Assembly: GCF_003231495.1 (NCBI RefSeq)
Contig: NZ_PQWO01000002.1
Span: 510,001 to 542,000 of the forward strand
Source: Acaryochloris thomasi RCC1774
GTDB taxonomy: Bacteria > Cyanobacteriota > Cyanobacteriia > Thermosynechococcales > Thermosynechococcaceae
DNA length: 32,000 nucleotides
Reading direction: 5' to 3'
Part shown: positions 17,014-23,674 of the stretch, piece by piece
Layout of the letters: every line of letters begins with the position of its first letter
Numbering within the stretch: position 1 is the stretch's first letter
The notes under the pieces: model-generated
Database searches by the model: none
The model's input: the letters and a program-made list of their open reading frames with translations, nothing else
What the model was told of the DNA's origin: nothing
Made by a program: the position numbers and the translations under genes

Positions 17014-19026
17014 TTAGCTAGACCTCTTATGCCCTTCGATGGCTAGCGGGCGTTTTTTCTTCCGGGCCTGTCTCTCTCTTGCCGACTTGGCGTTTTTAGC
17101 TTGACCTTTGGGTGCAACGGGAATGGTGAAATGAAAAGCACTCCCTTGACCACGCCCCTCAGATTCAACCCAAATCTGCCCTTCCATACCAGTGATTATT
17201 CGACGGCAGATGGCTAACCCTAGGCCCATGCCCCCAACGCTGCGCCGCATAAAATTTTCCTCTTGGTGAAACAGGTCAAAAATCGTCTGCAGATTTCCCC
17301 CATCAATTCCTCGACCTGTATCAGATATGACGACCTCCAATGAGTTGTTCTGGCGCTGTGCCTTAATTAACACCTGACCGTCAGGTTCTGTGAACTTGCA
17401 GGCATTGTCTAAGAGCCTGCGCAATACTTCCCCTAATCCCTCGCTATCTGCTTTTATGAGGGGTAAGTCTGGGGGAAGTTCAGCTTTAACTGTTGGCAAT
17501 GTTGGGGCTGCATGACTGGTCCTGATCGCGCCTAGGGCAAGATCGATTGACTCTTGAAGCTGCACCCAGTCGGCCTGGTCGTATAGGTTCTCGCCTTCCA
17601 GACGGGAGAGAATTAGGAAATCTCGCACCAACGCTCTCATCCGCTCGGAGTCTTCTAGGGCTGGATCAATGAGGGCTTGGCGAAACTCAGCGGGCATCTC
17701 TGGTTCTTGATCTAAGCTTTCCAGGCAGACTTGAATCGTTGAGAGTGGTGTCCGTAGTTCATGCCCGACAATGGCAATTAAATTACTGCGGGTACGCTCT
17801 AGGGTCTGCAGTTTATTGTTGAGCGTTTCTGTCTCAGTAAAGGCTTGGGCTTGGGTTAGGGCGACCCCTGCTTGAGCCGCGATCGCCTCCACCAAATCTA
17901 CCTCATTTGTTCGCCACTCGTAGGGGGCCGGGCCGCCGTAGTGCAGCTCTAGCATCCCAAGTACCGTTCCCTGGTAATGTATGGGGGCCATCAGCCAAGC
18001 ACTGATCTGACAGCGTTCAACTTGAGATTTTAGAGCGGAGTCTCGCTTTAGACTCGGAGCCTGACTCACGTCAGCAATTGCGATCGCCCGCTCCTGAGAT
18101 AGCGCCACTGAGATTAAGGGATTACTGCTTAACGACCAAGGCTCTCCCCTGAGCGAAGGCATCTCGGCAGGTACAAATTCGTACTCAATCTCGACTTGCT
18201 CGTCTGTTAATTGACAGCGATAGAGCAGGCATCGGCAACTTTCGAATACCTGCCCTAGCTCTTGCACGACTGCCGCCAGGACATCTGCTGGGTCTAACGA
18301 ACGACGAATGGCGGCGACCATTGCATTGGAAAATCGCTCCTTACGTTCCTTGGCTTCAAGGACTTGATAGGCTTTCATAAGCTTATATTGGCTGGCCTGC
18401 AGGTAGGTGACTAACCGCTGACCGAAAATATTAGAGTGGCCCGCTTGCTCCACTAACCCTCGTTCGCCTTTCATCCCTGCTTTTAAGCTGAAGGACTGTA
18501 GGGATCTTTCTATTTTCTCTACCAGCTGGGGCTGATAGAGAGTAGTACGTTTCAATAGCAACCGTGCAGCAATTGCGCAAACGTGAGGGTCAAATGTCCA
18601 GACACTTTCAAATCTGCGGGCTTGATCCATCGATGCTGTGTCTTCACCGTCCTCTCGACAAAGAACACAACCGCTGTAGTGCTCACTGATAACAACGAGA
18701 TGCCATTCCTTCGTCAGCTCGTCTTGCGGTGGAAAAGGAACGGCTTCATAGGGATACGAATGAGAGTCAAAGTCAGTGTCTATTTCTGGAGCCGTCAACA
18801 CATAGAGGTGATCGGTGCGTTGGGCAATCCTCTTGTAGCGTAGGGTTTCCTGGCGATGAAATTTCTCTCGCTGAAAACAGGCAATCACTAAGGCCGCTTC
18901 GCTCCCAGCCAACACCATATCTTCCATCGCTCGTGAAAGTGCGACCAGGGGTGGCTTAAAGTATATCTGAGAACGAAGTTGGGGCTGTGTTTTTAGTACA
19001 GCCTTAAGCAGAGAACCGAGACTCAT
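17014..19026 (-). CDS. Soluble sensor histidine kinase, DICT-GAF-HisKA-HATPase_c architecture (paralogue 2), with a K/R-rich C-terminal tail
   Basis: Collinear with the 9354 kinase over its whole length, roughly 50-65 percent identity by eye. The H-box helix VGHELRTPLSTIQVCLESL is identical, and the N and G boxes are shared. The tail is KGQAKNAKSARERQARKKKRP. Confidence 0.9.
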   Translation of the reverse strand: MSLGSLLKAVLKTQPQLRSQIYFKPPLVALSRAMEDMVLAGSEAALVIACFQREKFHRQETLRYKRIAQRTDHLYVLTAPEIDTDFDSHSYPYEAVPFPPQDELTKEWHLVVISEHYSGCVLCREDGEDTASMDQARRFESVWTFDPHVCAIAARLLLKRTTLYQPQLVEKIERSLQSFSLKAGMKGERGLVEQAGHSNIFGQRLVTYLQASQYKLMKAYQVLEAKERKERFSNAMVAAIRRSLDPADVLAAVVQELGQVFESCRCLLYRCQLTDEQVEIEYEFVPAEMPSLRGEPWSLSSNPLISVALSQERAIAIADVSQAPSLKRDSALKSQVERCQISAWLMAPIHYQGTVLGMLELHYGGPAPYEWRTNEVDLVEAIAAQAGVALTQAQAFTETETLNNKLQTLERTRSNLIAIVGHELRTPLSTIQVCLESLDQEPEMPAEFRQALIDPALEDSERMRALVRDFLILSRLEGENLYDQADWVQLQESIDLALGAIRTSHAAPTLPTVKAELPPDLPLIKADSEGLGEVLRRLLDNACKFTEPDGQVLIKAQRQNNSLEVVISDTGRGIDGGNLQTIFDLFHQEENFMRRSVGGMGLGLAICRRIITGMEGQIWVESEGRGQGSAFHFTIPVAPKGQAKNAKSARERQARKKKRPLAIEGHKRSS

Positions 19027-19185
19027 TTGTTTACTCTCTCAGCTCAAGTTGCTTTGATGCCATGCCAATGAGCTAGCCCCAGCGTAGCGCTGATTTGAGG
19101 CACTCGATCACAATCACCATCTTTCGTTACGGACAGATTTTGGTCGTACCATCAGAGACTGATGAATTGTAAGAATCAAATTGAG

Positions 19186-19218
19186 AAGCCCCCTGAATAC
19201 GCATTCAGGGGGCTTTTT
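19186..19218. terminator. Strong 13-bp GC-rich hairpin between the small membrane-protein gene and the histidine kinase
   Basis: AAGCCCCCTGAAT-acgc-ATTCAGGGGGCTT followed by TTT on the plus strand. It lies about 45 nt downstream of the minus-strand stop at 19261. The minus-strand tail UCUCAAUUUGAUUCUU is only moderately U-rich. Confidence 0.55.
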
Positions 19219-19260
19219 GGTCTATGAAGACCCAGCAGCTAAGTAATTCTAAGTCGAAAC

Positions 19261-19530
19261 TTAACGACTTACGATAATGGCAATACTAATCGGGATCCAT
19301 GTCACGGCAGCGAAAGCAACGGCCTGCCACAGCTTCGTCTTCAGTGGAGTTGCTTCTGCCACAGATCTTTCAGGATCGACCGCATAGTTATTGGTTAGAC
19401 CCTCTTGGTCAACTGTAGAACCTGTCGCCTTGGGATCAGGGAAGCCATCCTTCGTGCGCTTAAATCGTGCTTCTACCTCAGCAGGAATCAAACCACCAGG
19501 AACGGAAAACTTTTCAGGATCAGAAGCCAT
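19261..19530 (-). CDS. Small tail-anchored membrane protein; possibly Psb34/Ssl1498-like (tentative)
   Basis: 89 aa with a soluble N-terminus and a single C-terminal TM helix (LWQAVAFAAVTWIPISIAIIV). The segment EGLTNNYAVDPE resembles the GGRLNNFA.EP motif I recall from Ssl1498/Psb34-type proteins, but this is unverified. A good promoter and an HLR1-like box lie upstream. Confidence 0.5.
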   Translation of the reverse strand: MASDPEKFSVPGGLIPAEVEARFKRTKDGFPDPKATGSTVDQEGLTNNYAVDPERSVAEATPLKTKLWQAVAFAAVTWIPISIAIIVSR

Positions 19531-19562
19531 ATTGGATTTCTCATGTAATGATTTCTATGCTT

Positions 19563-19591
19563 AATGTAACAAAATGTTGCAAATTCTGCAA
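19563..19591 (-). promoter_or_regulatory. Candidate promoter with an overlapping HLR1-like repeat for the small membrane-protein gene
   Basis: The minus strand has TTGCAG (19591..19586), a 17-nt spacer and TACATT (19568..19563). GCAACATT-TT-GTTACATT (19580..19563) has a 10-bp period, with a perfect second half-site and two mismatches in the first. Confidence 0.4.
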
Positions 19592-20104
19592 TAGCTAGCA
19601 TGTAATTGTTTTTTGTGCTATTAAATTTGGCCTGGATGGCCTGCTGTCAAAAGAGTTTCTCTGTGCGAGGGGTTAGGTTCCTGTCTCGTTGATTACTGGA
19701 GCTTTCCTGTGCTTTGTGTCTGGAGGAAACGCTCACCCAGCGGAGCGAGGTGAAGATCGCACGTCCAATAAGCCCCTCCACTGTCCCTGTGCGTTATTAA
19801 AGTCTTGGAATAGGGATGTCTTCGTTCCCCCTGTGCTCTCTGGTCTCTCGGGGCTACTCTATACTTCTGCAAGTGTTCCGAACTGAGGTGCGAATTCGCC
19901 TGATTTATCGCAGTACTCGGCTGAGTTAGGACAGTCTTTCTTTATCAGGCATAGCTTTCAACCTCTTTAATGTCCTAATCAATACGCGTGCCGCTATATT
20001 AGCTGGTTGATCTGGATGGGTATCAGAGATCCTTCAATTCTTCACCCAAAAAATGGCATAACCACCCTCAATCTCTGCTGCGATTGAAGATGGTTAAGGA
20101 TGTT

Positions 20105-20121
20105 AAAAAAGGCCGGAAGCC
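20105..20121 (-). terminator. Weak hairpin plus T7 run after tRNA-Ser
   Basis: The minus strand reads GGCUUCCGGCC followed by UUUUUUU, beginning about 11 nt after the tRNA 3' end. The stem is only 3-4 bp. Confidence 0.35.
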
Positions 20122-20131
20122 AATTTTAAAA

Positions 20132-20219
20132 CGGAGAGGAGAGGATTCGAACCTCCGGAACCCGCAAGGGCTCATCTGATTTCAAGTCAGACGCAATCGA
20201 CCAACTCTGCCACCTCTCC
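20132..20219 (-). tRNA. trnS(UGA): tRNA-Ser (anticodon UGA), class II with long variable arm; CCA not encoded
   Basis: The reverse complement folds by hand. Acceptor is GGAGAGG/CCTCTCC, D arm GCA-GAGTTGGTCGAT-TGC, and anticodon stem TCTGA/TCAGA with loop CT-TGA-AA. There is an 18-nt variable arm, a T arm GGAGG-TTCGAAT-CCTCT and discriminator G. Total length is 88 nt. Confidence 0.93.
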
Positions 20220-20228
20220 AAGTTGTGG

Positions 20229-20257
20229 GATATAACCCAACGAATATCTTAGCGTAA
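20229..20257 (-). promoter_or_regulatory. Candidate tRNA-Ser promoter
   Basis: The minus strand has TTACGC, a 17-nt spacer and TATATC. The -10 hexamer ends 9 nt before the mature tRNA 5' end. Confidence 0.4.
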
Positions 20258-20357
20258 GCCGACCGTAATCTATCGTGACGCACGTATTTATATTGTCCTG
20301 AGTCTTAAAGATATTGAGGCAGCGGTAGGATTAGGGGGCTGTGTTTGCTCAAGCGTT

Positions 20358-20795
20358 ATGTCAGATGCGTCTGCCGCCGAATCTAACCCCGAGCCTCGCC
20401 AGTCTGTGATTGTTGGCTTTGATCCTGGGCGCGAAAAGTGTGGGGTGGCGGTTATGGGGCTGAATCGGACGCTATATCTGCATGAGGTTGTGCGGTCTGA
20501 AGTTGCGATCGCAACCCTTAACACCCTCTGCACCCAATACTCTGTTCCCTTGATTGTCTTGGGTAATCAAACCACCTCGAAAGAATGGCAACAGCGTCTA
20601 GAGTCACTTCCTCCAACGATTGTCCCCGTCGATGAGCGCTACAGCACCCTAGAAGCCCGCGATCGCTACTGGCAAATGTATCCGCCTCGCGGTCTCTCGC
20701 GGCTGTGGCCTCAGGGGCTACGCACCCCGCCTCGCCCCATCGACGACCTCGTCGCTATTATTCTTATTGAGCGCTATCTAGAATCAGTACCCTAG
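20358..20795 (+). CDS. Second YqgF/RuvX-like RNase H-fold protein
   Basis: 145 aa. VIVGFDPGREKCGVAV parallels LGLDLGHRRIGVAG of ruvX at 1345..1842, and VPVDERYSTLEARDRY parallels YMDERLTSYEAE. The spacing between the two motifs is similar. Confidence 0.6.
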   Translation: MSDASAAESNPEPRQSVIVGFDPGREKCGVAVMGLNRTLYLHEVVRSEVAIATLNTLCTQYSVPLIVLGNQTTSKEWQQRLESLPPTIVPVDERYSTLEARDRYWQMYPPRGLSRLWPQGLRTPPRPIDDLVAIILIERYLESVP

Positions 20796-20798
20796 GGC

Positions 20799-22100
20799 TT
20801 ATGCAAGAGCTTGTAAAGCCGACGCCGCTGACTCTGCAGAATACCGATTAGCCGGATCAGGGGCCGTTAGCTGCCCAATGACTTGGGCCATCCCAGGGCT
20901 CAAATTTGGAATGTCAGCCACGGAAAGATGGGCCTCTTGATTGCCTAAACGATAGAAAGCATCTGGAGCCTGCTGGGTGAGTAGATAAACCATGATTGCC
21001 CCCAGCGAATATAGCGCCGATGCTGGAACTGGTTGCCCAGCCTGCTGCTCAGGAGCCGTGTAGGCTGCGGAACCTAGTTCGGCTCCGTCTGACAATGCCC
21101 CAAAGTTCACTAGTACAACCTGGCTCAAACCGTGGGGAATAGTGGGTTTGATTAAATTGGTGGGGTTCAGGCTCTGATGCAGTGCTAGAGAAGCTTGCTG
21201 GTGGAGGTAATTGAGTAAATGACAAATATCTATAGCCCACATTGCCACCTGCGTCTCTGGTAGAGGCCCCTGTCGCATTACCAGCTGCTTGAGGTTTTGG
21301 CCATAGATCATCTCACTCACCAAAAAAAACTTACCCTGCCATTCGAAGGCTTCATAGATTTTGGGCATGCCAGGGTGACTAATCTTGCAGAGCGCCTCTG
21401 CCTGTGCTCGTAGCGATTCAGTCTGAGTAGAACCCGATGATAGGCCCAGCGTTTTGAGCACCACCACATGACCGGCTCGCCAAGCAATAAAGCTCTGCTC
21501 CTTCTGGCCTAAAGGCTTCAGCAACTGATAGTGGTCGATTGTTCTGAGCACATGTAGGGGCTGACCGCAGTCAATGCACACTAGAGCATCGGTTTCTGCA
21601 CGCTGGTGCTGACAGTTGGCAGGCTGATTCTCGCGCTGTGGATGGGGGGGCCAAGGGTGCTGGCCCAGTTCACGAAACTGAGCGCTGCTTTGCGACTCAG
21701 CAGGCGGTTGCAGGGGCGCGGCTGCAGCTGGCTGAGGAGAGGTTCCGTGAGTAGGGGATTCCGCCTGCGTTGGCCGAGAATCTAATCCCGCCGCATCAGA
21801 ACCCATGAGCTGTACCTGAATATTGGGGCCTGAGCGAGCGAGCCGGATAATGCTACCGTCTGCAAGCGGGGCTTGGGTGACCCGTTGACCGTCTAGATAG
21901 GTCCCATTGGTTCCCAGGTTAACCACTTCCCATTGAGCGTTGCTCTGGCGTAGTTCGACGTGGTAGCGAGAGACCACTGCGCTGTAGAGTACGACATGAT
22001 TTTCAACCGCACGGCCAATCTGGATCACCGAATCGTTTTCAAAGCTCCAGCTTTGCACAGGGGTTGATTGGACAGGATGTAGCAGGGTTAGTGTGATCAC
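20799..22100 (-). CDS. FHA domain fused to a protein-kinase-like domain lacking catalytic residues (pseudokinase)
   Basis: The N-terminus has IGRAVENHVVLYSAVVSRYHVELR...NLGTNGTYLDGQRV, an FHA domain. The C-terminus has an Hanks-kinase layout with VVVLK, LVSEMIYGQNL, AYTAPEQ and LYSLG. However, the Gly loop is LGQKEQS, HRDxKPxN is HQSLNPTN (21156..21179), and DFG is NFG (21099..21107). Confidence 0.8.
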   Translation of the reverse strand: MITLTLLHPVQSTPVQSWSFENDSVIQIGRAVENHVVLYSAVVSRYHVELRQSNAQWEVVNLGTNGTYLDGQRVTQAPLADGSIIRLARSGPNIQVQLMGSDAAGLDSRPTQAESPTHGTSPQPAAAAPLQPPAESQSSAQFRELGQHPWPPHPQRENQPANCQHQRAETDALVCIDCGQPLHVLRTIDHYQLLKPLGQKEQSFIAWRAGHVVVLKTLGLSSGSTQTESLRAQAEALCKISHPGMPKIYEAFEWQGKFFLVSEMIYGQNLKQLVMRQGPLPETQVAMWAIDICHLLNYLHQQASLALHQSLNPTNLIKPTIPHGLSQVVLVNFGALSDGAELGSAAYTAPEQQAGQPVPASALYSLGAIMVYLLTQQAPDAFYRLGNQEAHLSVADIPNLSPGMAQVIGQLTAPDPANRYSAESAASALQALA

Positions 22101-22104
22101 GCCT

Positions 22105-22779
22105 TCAGTCCAGTTGGAATAAGAATGTTACTAAGTCTCCTTTACCGAGAGCAATGCGATCGCCAGATCGGAGTTGATGCTGATGCCGCGGTTTGAGTGG
22201 AATGCTATTGATATAGGTACCATTAGAACTCCCTACATCTTCAATGAAAAAGTGCCCACTTTCAATGTGTATATCGGCATGAATCCGCGAAACAACCTCT
22301 GAATGGGGAAATCCGGCCACATCAATGTCGGGTGGAATTTCCTGATTGGGCTTGCCAATGTGTAGTGGGCTAAGGTGCTCAGGCAGCTCAATAAAGGTAT
22401 TGCTTTGCAGGTGCACGAGCCGAGCCGACTGTAGCTGTACCTGTGTTGTAAAGGGGGAATGGGTGGTGAAGGGAGAATGGACAGACCGTTCGGCGCTTAG
22501 ACTCTCAACGGCTTGTGGAGCCACACTCAGCTCAGATTCTCTTTCTAGCTGTTTTTGAGTCTCTGGCCGTTCGGAGAACGAAGGCGAAGGCAGGACATAG
22601 GTGAGTGAATCGTCAGCCGTGAGTTGTGGGTTTGGGGGCAGAGGAACAGGAAGATCAGGTTCCTGTGAGGTCTCTGAGGTTTTGGGTGCTGAGGGGGCGG
22701 GTGCAAGATTATGGCCGCACTGGCCACAAAATTGAGCCTCCACCTGAACTGACACACCACAATTCGGGCAGCTTTTCAT
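22105..22779 (-). CDS. Zinc-ribbon / FHA domain protein
   Basis: MKSCPNCGVSVQVEAQFCGQCGHNL is a CxxC...CxxC zinc ribbon. It is followed by a P/S/T-rich linker and a C-terminal FHA domain (IGKPNQ...VSRIHADIHIESGHFFIEDVGSSNGTYINS). I prefer the start at ATG 22779; the ORF track extends to 22842. It ends 4 nt before the next gene starts. Confidence 0.75.
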   Translation of the reverse strand: MKSCPNCGVSVQVEAQFCGQCGHNLAPAPSAPKTSETSQEPDLPVPLPPNPQLTADDSLTYVLPSPSFSERPETQKQLERESELSVAPQAVESLSAERSVHSPFTTHSPFTTQVQLQSARLVHLQSNTFIELPEHLSPLHIGKPNQEIPPDIDVAGFPHSEVVSRIHADIHIESGHFFIEDVGSSNGTYINSIPLKPRHQHQLRSGDRIALGKGDLVTFLFQLD

Positions 22780-22939
22780 AAAACGTTTAGGAACTGGGGT
22801 GAGCAACCAACAACATAAGCCTACTGAAGCTAGAGTACCCATGATCCCTAAACTTCAGATCAAGTTATACCAGCTCACTGAAGTCCTCTGCCACACCCCT
22901 ATATTTTCTGGAAGGGGAGAACGGATCTTTGAAGAAAGC

Positions 22940-23674
22940 CTATAGCGTTAGCTCTTGACCTGCCGACTGATCCAGCAGCCAGATAAGCTGCCCGTCTTGG
23001 GGCTGGACTAGGCGGGCTGGCCATTGAGAAGAATCAGCCTGTTCAGCAAAGATCTGCTGTAGAGCAGTGCGCTTGTTCTCTCCCGTTACGAGAAAAATAA
23101 CGCAGCGAGCCCGGTTCAACATCGGAACCGTAAAGGTGATCCGAGGTTGACCGTCTTTATTGCCTACGGTGATGCTGCGATCGCAAACCTGCAGTGCCTC
23201 AGTATGCGGAAATAGAGACGCCGTGTGGCCGTCTGGCCCAATACCTAGCAAAACAACATCGAGCTGCGGAAACTGCCCTGGTTCACTTTTACTACCGAAA
23301 AAAGCATTGAGATGCTGCTCATGGGTTCGCGCCGCATCGGCCGGATCTGCCGCATCCGTTGCCATAGGATGAATATTTTCCGCAGGAAGCGGCACGCGGT
23401 CGAGCCATGCTTTGCGAGCCATCCCCGCGTTGCTGTCGGCATGGTCAGCGGGGACATAGCGTTCATCGCCCCAAAAGATATGCACCTTAGACCAGGGCAG
23501 GTCTTTCTCGGCTAGCTGCTCATAGAGGGGCTTAGGCGTATTCCCGCCAGAGAGGGCAATGGTAAATCGGTCGCGCTGCGCGATCGCCTGCTGTGCCTCG
23601 GCCATCACGAGTTCTGCGGCTCGCTGTACCAACGTGGAAGCGTCTGCTAAGACTTCAATTTTAGGCTGAGTCAT
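22940..23674 (-). CDS. pgl: 6-phosphogluconolactonase
   Basis: FTIALSGGNTPKPLYEQL, HIFWGDERYVP and LLGIGPDGHTASLFP are diagnostic Pgl/DevB motifs. Confidence 0.9.
   Translation of the reverse strand: MTQPKIEVLADASTLVQRAAELVMAEAQQAIAQRDRFTIALSGGNTPKPLYEQLAEKDLPWSKVHIFWGDERYVPADHADSNAGMARKAWLDRVPLPAENIHPMATDAADPADAARTHEQHLNAFFGSKSEPGQFPQLDVVLLGIGPDGHTASLFPHTEALQVCDRSITVGNKDGQPRITFTVPMLNRARCVIFLVTGENKRTALQQIFAEQADSSQWPARLVQPQDGQLIWLLDQSAGQELTL

Noticed and set aside
19720-19760. GGAGGAAACGC and CGCTCACCC strings reminiscent of the RNase P RNA (GGAGGAAAGUCC) and glutamine riboswitch (CGUUCACCC) cores
   Set aside because: The matches are partial, and the other obligatory elements (the P4 partner and the ACGGAAGUAGG E-loop) are absent. 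I did not call an RNA gene.
11571-19990. Shared word ATGTCCTAATC(G/A)AT at about 11574 and about 19970, considered as possible transposon or MITE ends that truncated the SDR gene
   Set aside because: It is only an 11-mer match, and hundreds of such pairs are expected by chance in 32 kb on two strands. There are no flanking inverted repeats, target duplications or transposase.
22780-22842. N-terminal extension MGTLASVGLCCWLLTPVPKRF of the zinc-ribbon-FHA ORF
   Set aside because: The zinc ribbon begins right at the internal Met (MKSCPNCG), which is the usual N-terminus for such proteins. The extension could be real (hydrophobic, possibly a membrane tether), but I cannot support it, so I annotated the shorter form.
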